The translations under genes and the position numbers were made by a program. DNA of 64,000 nucleotides, taken from Ignavibacteriota bacterium (lineage in GTDB: Bacteria; Bacteroidota; Ignavibacteria; UBA10030). Where the stretch lies: assembly GCA_963701295.1 (NCBI GenBank), contig OY969585.1, forward strand, positions 800,001 through 864,000, written 5' to 3'. A model generated the notes under the pieces. It ran no database searches and was not told where the DNA came from. It saw only the letters and a program-made list of their open reading frames with translations. Of the stretch, positions 11,445 to 22,430 are shown piece after piece. Position 1 is the first letter of the stretch; each line of letters starts with the position of its first letter.

Positions 11445-12203
11445 CTAATTATCCTTAAAGTTTTTTGGAGGTACTTTTTTATACCCTGTAGGAACTTCAA
11501 ACTCACTCGCGGCAACTGTCTTTTTCTCAATCTTTGTAACGATCGTTGTCATACCTGCGATGGTTGTTTGGACAGGAAATCCCTCTACCTTCGTCATTGC
11601 TGCAACCATTTCTCCCGCCTTCGGCATCTGAGCTGCCATCCGTTGACTAAATTCTTTAAAATCCTTTTGCATGCTGCTGAAATCGGGCACGTCGGCCGTT
11701 GTCCACACGCTTCCCACTTCGGCGGTATCCTCTTTCATTGTATACTTGTTACATATATACCCGCTGATGTTTTTTTTCTCGGCAGTTTTTATCACGTCGA
11801 TTTTAGCATGTTGTCCTCCCAAAGCTGCTTTCCCCATCATTTGTTCCATCATTTTTCTTTGTTCGGGAGGTAGGTTTTTTAACTTTTCATTCATCTCTTC
11901 CAGTTTTTTATTCGCTTTTTTTGTGTACGCTTCCATTTCTGCGAAGGTCATCTCAGAATATTCTTTCTTTTGTGTGTCTACAAGGTACATCATTTCCTTA
12001 TCGAGACGGAAAATCGTTACATTATTTTCAGCCGATTGCTTAAACATGTGTGATATGTAAGATGATGTAGAATGAATTTGCTTTCCGTTAGCAATCAATA
12101 TCGTTGTGGTGCTTTCCCAGTACAATCCCTGACTAAGGACCATACCAATAGCCGTGACAATCAGCACGATTAGTATTGTTCCCTTCAAAATAATATTTTT
12201 CAT
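11445..12203 (-). CDS. Exported DUF4412-like protein
   Basis: Signal peptide; K.ISGY.C.KY...VWTT...GFPV...FEVPTGYKK pattern. Confidence 0.7.
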   Translation of the reverse strand: MKNIILKGTILIVLIVTAIGMVLSQGLYWESTTTILIANGKQIHSTSSYISHMFKQSAENNVTIFRLDKEMMYLVDTQKKEYSEMTFAEMEAYTKKANKKLEEMNEKLKNLPPEQRKMMEQMMGKAALGGQHAKIDVIKTAEKKNISGYICNKYTMKEDTAEVGSVWTTADVPDFSSMQKDFKEFSQRMAAQMPKAGEMVAAMTKVEGFPVQTTIAGMTTIVTKIEKKTVAASEFEVPTGYKKVPPKNFKDN

Positions 12204-12298
12204 GGCTGCTCCTTATGGTTAATGAATGAGACTATTTAATGTAAAAAAATCGTTCATTACTCTCAACAAACAAATTTTATTCTATTTCCTGCACTTTT

Positions 12299-15067
12299 TC
12301 ATCTTTGCACCCGAGAAGTGCCACATATCGATTTCATCGGGCAACCCGGGCATGATACGTTTACATCTTTTGGGGCTTGGAAAGGAACGTTCGCATCGAG
12401 TATTTCTTGGAAGAGCCTCGCAAGGAATTCTTCGATCTTGTGAAGTTCATTCATCTGCTGCATTGTATCTTCGTACAGCGGAACTTCACTTGCCATCGTT
12501 ATCGTCTTCTCACCAAGATATAGATATGCTGGAATGATTTGTTCCGCCGGTAATCGCGATGCATCCCTGTAGAGCAACAGATACAGCGGCAATTGCAGGG
12601 AATGTACTGCATCGCTCCAAGTTGCACGATCATCGAAAGCTAATTTATCAAATCGAATGGGCTTCTTTTTCGGATTAGCACCGGTTTTATAATCCAGAAT
12701 GACATGCGCACTGCCCCGTTCCTCTATACGGTCGGGTTTCCCTTCGCACTTGACGCCCTTGATAAGAGTTGTGAATTTATTTTCAAGCATACGAATAACA
12801 ACTTTTCGGTGTTTAAGCACCTGTGCTTGATATTCCGTCAAATACTCCTTCAACCGACGCTGAATCTGTTGTTTCAAAAGATACACAGCACCACCTGGTT
12901 CTTTTCCGAATGTTTCTGCAAAGAGTTCTTCTGTAAGATCATCCATACGTGCACCGTCAAGGTCAGAAGACTTCACTGAAATATTTATCAATGGTTCAAA
13001 ATACTTTTTCAGCACTGCATGCACGAACTTGCCGACATCCTTCGCTTCGAGGTCATCCGACGCCTTGTCTTTTTCTTCAAGCTTCAAGAGATATCTATAA
13101 TAGAACTTGATTGGACAACGCAGATACGTATCGAAAGCACTCGCACTGAACGAGAATCCGCGCAGCACCGACATAACCTGCTCAGACTTTTCCACAGGAG
13201 CCGGTAATTCATTCGCAAGCTTCAATGTATAACGAACTGTCGCGATCTGCTCTTCGGAGGAACAAGATCGTTTCTTTTTTTCCTCTTCCCACAACAGTTT
13301 TTCGACAAACCGGCTTTTCGTCGTATCTCCTGTATCGGTATAGAAAAGATGAACACGCTTGGCACTCCGCACCAGCAAATTGAAATAATACTCTATCAAA
13401 GCATTCCGATCATGGCGTGTTTCCAACCCAAGACGGTCGCGCAATTGCTGGGGTAACAGCACATCGCTTGTTGGACTGCCGGGAAGAATTTCATCATTCA
13501 CATTGAGAATATAGACATCATCGAACTGTAAGCCGCGGGTTTCCAGCATTCCAAGTACCTGTAAACCACGCAGCGGTGTTCCAGCAAATGGTACTTCTTG
13601 CATCCCAACATACTGCCGGAGAAATGTGAGATACCCCTGCACATCCCGGAACGACACGTTTCCGATCAAAGAATGTTCTACATACTCGAAAACCTCGATC
13701 ATCGTTTCAGCATAGCGCCGAAATAATGGATGTAATCGCGCAGTACTTTCTTCATACATATAGGAAAGCAGTGCAATAGACTTTTGTGAAAACTCAGTGA
13801 GTGAGCCAAGCTGATCAAATGCTCGTATGGTCTGATTGTGGATCGTGCGTACGTGTCGTTTAAGTTGCTCCGGTGTTATTTCCACTCCTTGTTCATTTAA
13901 TACAAAGGCTACGCTGGTAAAGATATCCTCTGCCAGTTCGACATCGTTCAATGACATGAGTTTTTTTGATGCATCGCTTGATATTTTTGTTTCAATCGCG
14001 TGAAACAGAATACGAGTTACGTCGGTGCGTTGGTTCCAGCGGATGTTCTTCGTGTACGGATGAAGAATGAATTTAATATATGATGATGCCGAGAACACAT
14101 CGTTTTGTTTTGTGGTAAGAAGATCAAGCAAATTGTTGAAGAACCCGAAGATCGGTGTCCGGACAACAGGATATCCGAGAGCAATGTTGTACTCTTCTTC
14201 GCCAAGCAAAGTAAGCGTTTGGTGATACACCGGAAAGAGAGAATCAGGCGATGGGAGAACGATGACTGAATGTTCATCCAGAGGCGTTCCTTTCTTCAAC
14301 TGCCGCTCAATACATGCCGAAAGTGCAAACACTTGGCCGTGTGTATCGGATGCTTTGGTATAATGAATCTCTGGCTCATTCTCATCTCTCTTATCGGACT
14401 GATACACCATCCAAACATTCTGGTGATTTTCGATCTCTTGAAAGATGATTTGTTCGGAATGCGTCTGCTTGAAGAGTCCAGCAATGACGATCTTTGAATA
14501 TCTCTCCAGATCAATTTCCTGAATACGGCCTGCAACACCCGCATATCGCATGGCGCGAGTCGCATACCCCGATTCCTCAACGAGTGCATAGAACTGTTTG
14601 TAGTATGCCTGCAAAGAGAAGAGCCGATTGTGTGTTAGCATGCCTAATTCTTCTTCAATCCGTCGATCCGGCAGATGAGCGAGACAAAGTTCTTCCAACT
14701 CGCCGAGGAGTTTCATTCCAAGCGGAAGGAATTCATCGAATGCAGTAAAGTGCTCACCGCCCAACCGTTCACTCAACCCTGCGTGAATGTGATATAATAA
14801 AGCAATTGCATCCATCGGCTCCAGATCTTTACGCGGCTCAGCAAGCTGTTGATAAAGGGAAAGAACAAAATCATCGATAGAGAATATTTTAGGCGGAATA
14901 AAGCTACTGCCAACACGTACTGCAAGTTCCTTGCGAATAAAATGTGCGGGGCGTTTTCCGGGAAACACAACAGCGATACGAGAATAGTCTTTTATGTCCT
15001 TCGGTAACTGGTCGATGACTGTTTTGACAAGAGAATCTTGCGGGCTGATGACAATGCGTCCGTTCAT
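12299..15067 (-). CDS. addB: AddB/RexB-like PD-(D/E)XK nuclease subunit
   Basis: VVFPGKRP, GLQVLGMLETRGL, FSASAFDTYLRCP, GKPDRIE...LDYKTG, QLPLY; terminal CPGCPMKSIC completes a four-Cys Fe-S staple; overlaps addA stop. Confidence 0.85.
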   Translation of the reverse strand: MNGRIVISPQDSLVKTVIDQLPKDIKDYSRIAVVFPGKRPAHFIRKELAVRVGSSFIPPKIFSIDDFVLSLYQQLAEPRKDLEPMDAIALLYHIHAGLSERLGGEHFTAFDEFLPLGMKLLGELEELCLAHLPDRRIEEELGMLTHNRLFSLQAYYKQFYALVEESGYATRAMRYAGVAGRIQEIDLERYSKIVIAGLFKQTHSEQIIFQEIENHQNVWMVYQSDKRDENEPEIHYTKASDTHGQVFALSACIERQLKKGTPLDEHSVIVLPSPDSLFPVYHQTLTLLGEEEYNIALGYPVVRTPIFGFFNNLLDLLTTKQNDVFSASSYIKFILHPYTKNIRWNQRTDVTRILFHAIETKISSDASKKLMSLNDVELAEDIFTSVAFVLNEQGVEITPEQLKRHVRTIHNQTIRAFDQLGSLTEFSQKSIALLSYMYEESTARLHPLFRRYAETMIEVFEYVEHSLIGNVSFRDVQGYLTFLRQYVGMQEVPFAGTPLRGLQVLGMLETRGLQFDDVYILNVNDEILPGSPTSDVLLPQQLRDRLGLETRHDRNALIEYYFNLLVRSAKRVHLFYTDTGDTTKSRFVEKLLWEEEKKKRSCSSEEQIATVRYTLKLANELPAPVEKSEQVMSVLRGFSFSASAFDTYLRCPIKFYYRYLLKLEEKDKASDDLEAKDVGKFVHAVLKKYFEPLINISVKSSDLDGARMDDLTEELFAETFGKEPGGAVYLLKQQIQRRLKEYLTEYQAQVLKHRKVVIRMLENKFTTLIKGVKCEGKPDRIEERGSAHVILDYKTGANPKKKPIRFDKLAFDDRATWSDAVHSLQLPLYLLLYRDASRLPAEQIIPAYLYLGEKTITMASEVPLYEDTMQQMNELHKIEEFLARLFQEILDANVPFQAPKDVNVSCPGCPMKSICGTSRVQR

Positions 15068-18000
15068 ACGACCACTCGGAGATTCATTCTGTCAACAAAC
15101 GCAAGGACACCCTGTATGCTTCGTTCCGGATAGTAGTTCTTCAGGATATCCATATACCTTTGTACCTGCTCAGTATATCCTTCTTTGTCATCGCCGGTTT
15201 TAAAATCGATCACCGTAACAGTATGCGCATCCACCACAATACGGTCCATGCGGAACAGTCCGCCCTCAGCACTGACAAATTCCTGCTCGTTGAGAACTCT
15301 TCTTCCTGCCTGAGGGGTAAACCATGGTATTATCTCAGGAGAAGATAAAAATCCTGACAGCGTATTCTGCAAACGATGAATATCCATCTCTGCCGTTGCA
15401 TTCAGCGCAAGTTGTTCTATGAGTACGTGGAGTGAATTTTCAATATGCTCGTCAACAAATTCTATCTGCGATAAGATCGCATGAATACGATCACCGCGCT
15501 GTCGTTCATACACAGCCAATTTTTCTGCACTCGTTGTATTCACCGAGATGGAGCGCGTGGCAAACCTTTTTTCTGCTTGCGGCATGAGAATCAAATCTTT
15601 CTTTTCAACATTGGGCTTTGTCGTCTGTTCATAGCCCGTCTGCGGCAGGAATTTAGAAGGCTCGTCGTACTTCTCACTCTTCACGCTGAGAACATACATC
15701 TCTTCCCGCGCACGCGTAAACGCTACATAAAGCTTATTCAGGTCGTCCACATCGTGCGTCAACCGATGCTCATCGTACAACTGCCGGAATTCCTCCAGCG
15801 ACTCCGCTTCTTTCTTCGTTATGTGAAGCAGTCGTATTCCGTCCGTTTCTTCCTTGAAGATGCGTGATGATGGATTCTTCTTCGTATCATACAAGAGAAC
15901 AAGCACCACACGATTGTCAAGACCTTTCGCTTTGTGAATCGTCATGACTTCCACAGCGGCGGTTCCGCGCGGAAGGATGATATTCCATGAACTTTCATCG
16001 CTTTCCTCTTCGGCAAACGTGAGGAAGTCTTTCAGGTTGTTTTGTCCAAGATCTTCAAAGTTCTTGATTACTTCTAACAACTTTGCCAGCGTTCCTTCTT
16101 CTTCACTCACCAACGAGAAGAGCTGGAACCGCTTGAAGATTTCCGTCGCCAGATCATACAAAGGCAAATATCCGACAACCGTAAAAAGTTGTTCAAAATA
16201 TTGCTGCCAAAGCGAAGGATATTGTTCGCGAAATATGATATACAACGGCGCTTGTCGATTTTTTTGCCGCGATTCCAGAACGAATGCTTGAAGATCTTTT
16301 ACGACCAGTGCATTCGATTGTGCACGCAGCATGCATATAAATGTTTTACTCAGAATGAACGATACGAATGCAAGATTGTCGATGGGCGAATCGAGGAAAC
16401 GCATAAGCGCAAGAAGATCGCCAGTAATTCTTCTGCTACGGATATCAAGACTGCTATGCGAGACGAATGGAATCTGTGCACTGTTAAGCCAGCCGCTCAC
16501 TTCCACCACGTCGCTGTTTTTCGGTGTGAGAATGGTGATGTCACCAAACTCATACCCGCGTGCACGGCAATCGGCGATAATGTCCAGAATCTTCTTTCGC
16601 TCCGGCAGAAGCTCGTCATTCGGTTCAAACGAAATGACTTCCACGTACCCTTTGCTGCGGCTATTTTCTTGTACTTCCTGTCTAAATGTGGAAAGCCCAC
16701 TCGCATTCGGTGCATCACTATTGTAGTGCGTCGGAACGATCTCATGAAATACTGTTGTGCTGAACTCGACGATCCGTTCGTAACTTCGATAGTTAACAGC
16801 AAGATCCTTTACCTGTGGTTGTGCGGAAGGGAACACCGTCGTCTCCATGACCTGCTTCATAATGTGCCAATCGGCATGGCGGAAGGCATAAATGGACTGC
16901 TTCGTGTCGCCCACGACAAAGAGACTGCCGCCTTTCGAGAGCGTTTCTTCCAGCAGCGGCTTTAATGCCTCCCACTGAACGCGTGATGTATCCTGAAATT
17001 CGTCGATGAGGTAATGCGCAATCGCATCGCCTAAATAGAAGTACACCTGCGGCACAATTTCTTGCGAGATATACGACACCAGCGCGCGGTTCACATCCGC
17101 AAGATAGATTTGGTTGCTGCGGCGCATACTTAGCTCGATATTCTCACGGAATATCTGGTGCGCCTCAATGGAGGAACGATAATACTGCTCAGCAGACAAA
17201 CGGATATACGCAATCTTCAATGCACGAAACTTTTCTAGGACCGGCTCAAACTGCGCATTCCAATGTTCAACTTTTTCCTTCTCTGCTTTTGTCTTACCTG
17301 ACTTGAGCGGTTTCTCGATGCTTTTAAGCGAAATCAGTTTATCGATGTCGCCGGCATCTGCGGCTGCTACAATATTCTCAAACATCGATGATGTCTCCAA
17401 GCCAGACTGGAGAACGAGTTTTAGTAATTGCTGAAACGTCGCAAGCAGTTCTTTCTGCAAATCTCGCATGCGGGCGCCATCATCATCCGGCAGAAGAACA
17501 TCCTTCGACTGCGCACTGAGTGTATCGTACAATTCGCGCACTTGCTGTGAAAGTTTTTGGAACGGATTCCAGACATAGCGCGCCTGTGATTGCGACTCCA
17601 CAAGCCGTGCGATGAGTTCTTCCAGCAGGCGCTTCTTCGCCGGCTCCGTGGAAAGCTTGCGCACAAATTGTTCAAATGCAGCATCGAGTAAGGGGCGGCT
17701 ATCGAGAAGAATTTCTATGGTTGGAGAGTATCCAAACTCCAGTGCCGATGCGCGGAACACACGCACCAAAAAACTATCGATCGTCTGCACTTGAAATGTA
17801 GAGTAATCTCGCAAAATAGCATCGATCAATTCTCCGCATCTCGCACGGAGCTGTTCTTCGTCCATTGAAACGACATCGAGTAACCAACCAAGAACTTCAT
17901 GGTCGCCATGATATGCTTTCTTCAAGTATTCGAGAACACGTTGGCGCACCTCAGCGGCTGCGTTTTTAGTAAATGTCATTGTCAAGATATTGTTCAGGCC

Positions 18001-18141
18001 ATTGTTTGGGATACACTGAGAGAGCAGCAGTTGCAGCAACTTTAAGGTGAGCGTATGGGTCTTCCCCGATCCTGCTGAAGCAGAAACGACTGTAAAATTG
18101 GGCAGATGAAGTTCGATATCGTTAAGAAGAATGGGGATCAC
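15064..18141 (-). CDS. addA: AddA-like UvrD helicase-nuclease
   Basis: SASAGSGKT, TFTKNAAAE, IDEFQDTS, VGDTKQSIYAFR, MTIHKAKGL, LYVAFTRA, RMDR...IDFKTG. Confidence 0.9.
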   Translation of the reverse strand: MIPILLNDIELHLPNFTVVSASAGSGKTHTLTLKLLQLLLSQCIPNNGLNNILTMTFTKNAAAEVRQRVLEYLKKAYHGDHEVLGWLLDVVSMDEEQLRARCGELIDAILRDYSTFQVQTIDSFLVRVFRASALEFGYSPTIEILLDSRPLLDAAFEQFVRKLSTEPAKKRLLEELIARLVESQSQARYVWNPFQKLSQQVRELYDTLSAQSKDVLLPDDDGARMRDLQKELLATFQQLLKLVLQSGLETSSMFENIVAAADAGDIDKLISLKSIEKPLKSGKTKAEKEKVEHWNAQFEPVLEKFRALKIAYIRLSAEQYYRSSIEAHQIFRENIELSMRRSNQIYLADVNRALVSYISQEIVPQVYFYLGDAIAHYLIDEFQDTSRVQWEALKPLLEETLSKGGSLFVVGDTKQSIYAFRHADWHIMKQVMETTVFPSAQPQVKDLAVNYRSYERIVEFSTTVFHEIVPTHYNSDAPNASGLSTFRQEVQENSRSKGYVEVISFEPNDELLPERKKILDIIADCRARGYEFGDITILTPKNSDVVEVSGWLNSAQIPFVSHSSLDIRSRRITGDLLALMRFLDSPIDNLAFVSFILSKTFICMLRAQSNALVVKDLQAFVLESRQKNRQAPLYIIFREQYPSLWQQYFEQLFTVVGYLPLYDLATEIFKRFQLFSLVSEEEGTLAKLLEVIKNFEDLGQNNLKDFLTFAEEESDESSWNIILPRGTAAVEVMTIHKAKGLDNRVVLVLLYDTKKNPSSRIFKEETDGIRLLHITKKEAESLEEFRQLYDEHRLTHDVDDLNKLYVAFTRAREEMYVLSVKSEKYDEPSKFLPQTGYEQTTKPNVEKKDLILMPQAEKRFATRSISVNTTSAEKLAVYERQRGDRIHAILSQIEFVDEHIENSLHVLIEQLALNATAEMDIHRLQNTLSGFLSSPEIIPWFTPQAGRRVLNEQEFVSAEGGLFRMDRIVVDAHTVTVIDFKTGDDKEGYTEQVQRYMDILKNYYPERSIQGVLAFVDRMNLRVVV

Positions 18142-18332
18142 AATTTAGTCAGCTACCATTTTTTTTATCAAAAATGTAGCCAATAAGTCGCTGGGTTGCA
18201 ACGCTGATGCAGGAGAAAAACGAGTTCTATGTATTGTCTTCGAAAGGGAATTAACAACGACAGAAGTAAGCAAGAAAAACATCGGGCTGTGAAGGTCTTT
18301 GTTGCCCACACAGCCGTTCTAATTTCTTTCGC

Positions 18333-18902
18333 TTAATGCTTTTCGGGATTTTTTAAATCAATAGAGTGAATAATCGATTCCGCTATTTCCACACCGATAC
18401 CGAGGCTAAGGCCTAGCCAGAGCCCCTCAAGATAATTCTTTTGAAACAATGCCGGAGGCAATGCTCGTACTTTGGTGAGAAGAGCAACCGATAATGTCAA
18501 TAGCACAAAGACAGCTCCGTAAAAAACACCTACGAAGAGAAATTTCCATTGTTTAAAATTCGCCAGCTTACGTTCGAAGAGGAAGGCAATGACGACCACC
18601 GACAGGTTGACACCAAAAGACCAGATGGCAGCATTCAATACGGGCATCCATACTGTAGCTATGACGAAAAGAAGTGCACCGACTGAAACAGCTGCGGTGA
18701 TCGTGTTAGAAAGTCCACGGACATGATAAAAAGCAAAAATAAATGATGTACTCATACCATACATGATGAAGTATGCAAATCCGGCTGACTGCGGATCGAA
18801 GATCTCGCTGCCATACACCATCAGTCCGGCAATCATACCTCCTAAAAAACCAAGAACTGTAATCAAAACAAGTCTCCAGAATTCTCCAAACCACTTTTTC
18901 AT
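18333..18902 (-). CDS. Hypothetical integral membrane protein
   Basis: 189 aa with about 6 hydrophobic segments; AAGGAG SD upstream. Confidence 0.75.
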   Translation of the reverse strand: MKKWFGEFWRLVLITVLGFLGGMIAGLMVYGSEIFDPQSAGFAYFIMYGMSTSFIFAFYHVRGLSNTITAAVSVGALLFVIATVWMPVLNAAIWSFGVNLSVVVIAFLFERKLANFKQWKFLFVGVFYGAVFVLLTLSVALLTKVRALPPALFQKNYLEGLWLGLSLGIGVEIAESIIHSIDLKNPEKH

Positions 18903-18962
18903 TTTCTTTCTCCTTGTGTTGTCTTTGTAGTATGAACTTTCATTCTGTATCGATCTGCCGAC

Positions 18963-21900
18963 TTAATATATAGGTTTCTCTGTTTTTTCCAATTCCTCAA
19001 AATATTTTCGTATCAACTCCTGATAATCTTTGGAATACCCTTGCTCCAGGGCTTTCAGGAGCTCTTCCTGTAATTGATTTTTCCCTTCCAGCGAATTCCA
19101 ATCCAGATCTTTTGGACTGCGGCGCGTAATTTGTGTACCGGTTTCTGCTTTACGTTTCTTCTCATAGTCACGTTCATGCGTAGATTTAGAAGCATCCAGA
19201 AGACGGGAAAGAATGCGTTCCTGTCTCTTGATCGTTTCGGGATTTACATTATTCTGTTCGAGATTCTTGACAACTTCATTCATTTCTTCCGCAATTTTTT
19301 GAAGATCACCCAATAATTTCTTCTGATCGCCGCTTTGCTGTGCTTCACGATTCAACTCCTCAAGTGATTTCTGGATTGCTCCCTGTTCTTTCGCCAGCCG
19401 AGCCGCTTCTGCCGCTTGCTGCGGAGACATCCCGCCCATTTGTTGTGTCTGCATATTGAGAGACATTTGCTGACCTGCCATCATTTGTAATTGCTGCATG
19501 AGACTTCCTGCACCGCCTCCGCTTCCTCCTTGCATCATTGCTTGTAGCGCATTCTCCACTTGCATTGCTGCGCGATTAAGTGCCGCCATAGCTTGTTGCT
19601 GTTCTTGTGACGCCATCGCACCGTTTCGCATATCCAAAGCGCGCATGGCATTATTCATTCGTGCCAATGCCTCACCAATTGCTTTGCCCATTTCTGGTGT
19701 TACAGCAAAAGATTTTTGCGATAACTCGCTCAATCCATTAATGATATTGTTCAAGTCTTGAGCAACACGCTGCTGCTCCTGCGCATTTTGCCGAAGCTGC
19801 GGAGAATTCTGCGGGGCTTGTTGTGATTGCTGCTTCAGTGCTTCTTCATCTTTCGAAAGTTCCAAGATATTATTGATCGCTTTGCGCATTTCGTTCATCA
19901 CATATTGCGATTGCTGCTGAAGCATCTGCTGCTGCATTGCATCCATTTGCTTGCTGAACTGCTTGAGTTGTTCTCCAGTCTCCTTCTGTGTTTGTTGTGC
20001 CGCCTGTATGTTTCCCGTTTGCATTTGCTGCGACGCTTGCTGCATCTTTTGACCCAATTGCTGCTGCTGCAATTGCTCCAGAGATTTCTGCAGCTTATCT
20101 GCGGGCATTTCAGTAAAGAACTCTTCCATTCGGTGTTGAAGATCAGCGGCTTCGCGTTCCATCGCCTGTTCTTTCTTGGCAAGATCAGCTTGTTTTTTTG
20201 CTAATTCTTGCTGTCTCTGAGAGTCGTTGGATGCCTTCGAACTTTCTTCCTGCAATTCCTTCTCCAACTTCTCCAACTCCTGCGCACGTTTTTTCACTTC
20301 ATCCATTTTCTGTTCGATCTGGAGGCGTTTAAGCAGGTTCATTGTTCGCTCTATGCTCTGGCGAAAACGTTCTTCAGAGAAGGTCATGTTTTGCATTGCC
20401 TGCTGGAGCTGCTCTTTGCTGATGTTCGGCATCTGCTGCTGCAATTGCTTGAGCGTCTTCTGTAATTCCGTGGCATCAAACTGCTGGAAGAGCTGCTGAA
20501 GCTCCATGTATTTCTCCATAGTTTCTTTCGAAAGCACGTTTTGCTGTTGCATCTGCTGTGCCATTTGCTCAACACGGGATTGCACATTCTCCAGTTTCCT
20601 TTGTACTTCTTGGTACTGCTTTGCCATCTCTTCCATCTTTTTTTGTGTCTGCCAATCGGGATCCTTGTTCTTCTTCAAGTCACGGTTGATAGACTCAATA
20701 TTCTCTTTCAATTTCTTTGCATCATCAAATGACTGCTTCAGATCATCTATCGAACGTTCATGTTCTTTATCAACATCGGAAAATACTTCATCTAGTGAAG
20801 GAAGCCGGAGAAGATAAAGATTGCTGCGTCCGCTTTTCGGGCCTGTGATTGCATCGTTATCAAAAACTTCTGCGAAGTATTCAACAACATCTTCCGGTAC
20901 AAGATTGAGGTTGGTGAGGTTCCAGGTGTACGACAATTCAACCTGTCCCTCAGGTGCTTCAGGGAGAGGAATCGAAAAAAAGGTATACTCAGATTGCGCC
21001 TGTTCGTAACGCGATTTCACTAACCTATAACCGAGACGCATGCTAGAAAATCCGAAATCATCTTTTGCTTTTAAAAAGAGTGGAATCGATTGATCGCCAG
21101 CAATATCAATGTTACGGCCTGGATCGATGATCGTGATAGTGGGAAATTCGTCTTTCACTGCTTTCAGTTGGTAGTGCACGGGTTCGCTATTTGACAATCC
21201 TTCTTCATCAAGAAGAGAGATACAGTATGAATTATCTGAAGACAGAGGAAACGATGCAAAGAATTTTTCTCGGTGTATTGTAAGCATCAGCTTCGTATTG
21301 TTTCCGAATTGTATAACTGCTTCTCTTAATGATTTGCTTGCTGTCCCTGCTATGGTAACACGTGTACCTATCAATGCCGTAACATCACCGACAAACTCAT
21401 CCATCATTTTCGGCGGGATTTTTGTATAGGAAGGATAATCGAGGCGCACACGAAATGATCGTATCAACGGACGATCCAACACGGTGAGTTCATAGCGTTC
21501 ACTTTCAGCATCGGCATATTGAACATAATACATTGTCGTTGTGTGAACAGCCTCGAATGTTGTGTTGAACACACCAATTGAATCCGGTTTGACTTTTAAT
21601 TCATCGAAATTTTCCTGTCCCGCCTGCTGTTGAAAAATAATAAGTTCCTTTGTACGCAGTGTAAATTCCGGAAAAAGCGAAGTCACCTTCACCCGCACAT
21701 CAATATTCTCGCCTTTGACTATTTCTTTATTACCTGGTGAAAGTTCAATTTGATACTTCGGTGGCGGTGTAAATTCTTTTGTACAATGAATCAATCGGTA
21801 TGCCGCACCGGAAATCGATGCAGGAAACATGAGAAATATCAAGATCGCACTACCGAGACTCATCATCAGCCAGCGGCGATATTTGGGAAGACGGGTTGTA

Positions 21901-22367
21901 TTCACAGATTGCGCGAAATCGAGCAGTTGAATTTCTTTAGCAAAATCCTTTAATGTTTCATCAATTAATTTCGTTGAGTAAAACTTAGAAGCCAAATCGA
22001 TTTCTTTCGCAAGCTGAAGAGCATTCAACAACCTATCCTTGAGAGAAGAAAAGAATGCGCCAACGTGTCTCGCGATCTCATCTTCTGTGATCGATGACAG
22101 CGCACCGATCAATCGCAGGAAAGGACGACCGATCATCCAACTGCCGGCACACATAAGCGATAGAGTAGAGAGAATGGCGATTATCGTTCTCGCCATTTTG
22201 GAAAAATCGAACAATGTCTCTGCGAGAACAAGCATTGTCGTTGTAACGAGTACACCAGCACAAAAAACGAGAGTATTCGAAAGGAGATCCACGCGGTTCT
22301 GTCTGTTACGAACCAGACGTATTCGATGCGACAGCATTGTTAATATAGTAGAAGATCCTTGCATCAT
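18963..22367 (-). CDS. DUF4175-like membrane-anchored coiled-coil, Gln-rich protein
   Basis: N-terminal TM segments, Ig-like region (AKDDFG, YFAEVFDND...GPK), long Gln-rich coiled coil, RQERILSRLLDA...Y..LIRKYF tail. Confidence 0.75.
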   Translation of the reverse strand: MMQGSSTILTMLSHRIRLVRNRQNRVDLLSNTLVFCAGVLVTTTMLVLAETLFDFSKMARTIIAILSTLSLMCAGSWMIGRPFLRLIGALSSITEDEIARHVGAFFSSLKDRLLNALQLAKEIDLASKFYSTKLIDETLKDFAKEIQLLDFAQSVNTTRLPKYRRWLMMSLGSAILIFLMFPASISGAAYRLIHCTKEFTPPPKYQIELSPGNKEIVKGENIDVRVKVTSLFPEFTLRTKELIIFQQQAGQENFDELKVKPDSIGVFNTTFEAVHTTTMYYVQYADAESERYELTVLDRPLIRSFRVRLDYPSYTKIPPKMMDEFVGDVTALIGTRVTIAGTASKSLREAVIQFGNNTKLMLTIHREKFFASFPLSSDNSYCISLLDEEGLSNSEPVHYQLKAVKDEFPTITIIDPGRNIDIAGDQSIPLFLKAKDDFGFSSMRLGYRLVKSRYEQAQSEYTFFSIPLPEAPEGQVELSYTWNLTNLNLVPEDVVEYFAEVFDNDAITGPKSGRSNLYLLRLPSLDEVFSDVDKEHERSIDDLKQSFDDAKKLKENIESINRDLKKNKDPDWQTQKKMEEMAKQYQEVQRKLENVQSRVEQMAQQMQQQNVLSKETMEKYMELQQLFQQFDATELQKTLKQLQQQMPNISKEQLQQAMQNMTFSEERFRQSIERTMNLLKRLQIEQKMDEVKKRAQELEKLEKELQEESSKASNDSQRQQELAKKQADLAKKEQAMEREAADLQHRMEEFFTEMPADKLQKSLEQLQQQQLGQKMQQASQQMQTGNIQAAQQTQKETGEQLKQFSKQMDAMQQQMLQQQSQYVMNEMRKAINNILELSKDEEALKQQSQQAPQNSPQLRQNAQEQQRVAQDLNNIINGLSELSQKSFAVTPEMGKAIGEALARMNNAMRALDMRNGAMASQEQQQAMAALNRAAMQVENALQAMMQGGSGGGAGSLMQQLQMMAGQQMSLNMQTQQMGGMSPQQAAEAARLAKEQGAIQKSLEELNREAQQSGDQKKLLGDLQKIAEEMNEVVKNLEQNNVNPETIKRQERILSRLLDASKSTHERDYEKKRKAETGTQITRRSPKDLDWNSLEGKNQLQEELLKALEQGYSKDYQELIRKYFEELEKTEKPIY

Positions 22368-22430
22368 TTATTCACACAATCACAAAATTACTCAACCGCA
22401 AATCATAAACTTTTTATTCTTCAATCATGT

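Noticed and set aside
16189-16965. 258-aa antisense ORF and the many other short overlapping ORFs in the track
   Set aside because: They are shadows of well-supported genes on another frame or strand, with no recognisable motifs.
12299-18141. Helicase plus Cas4-like nuclease as a defence system
   Set aside because: The architecture matches housekeeping AddAB repair enzymes; no cas genes or array nearby.
19400-20600. CAG/CAA-rich stretch as a DNA repeat or array
   Set aside because: It is the Gln-rich coiled coil of the DUF4175-like protein; there is no fixed repeat unit or spacers.
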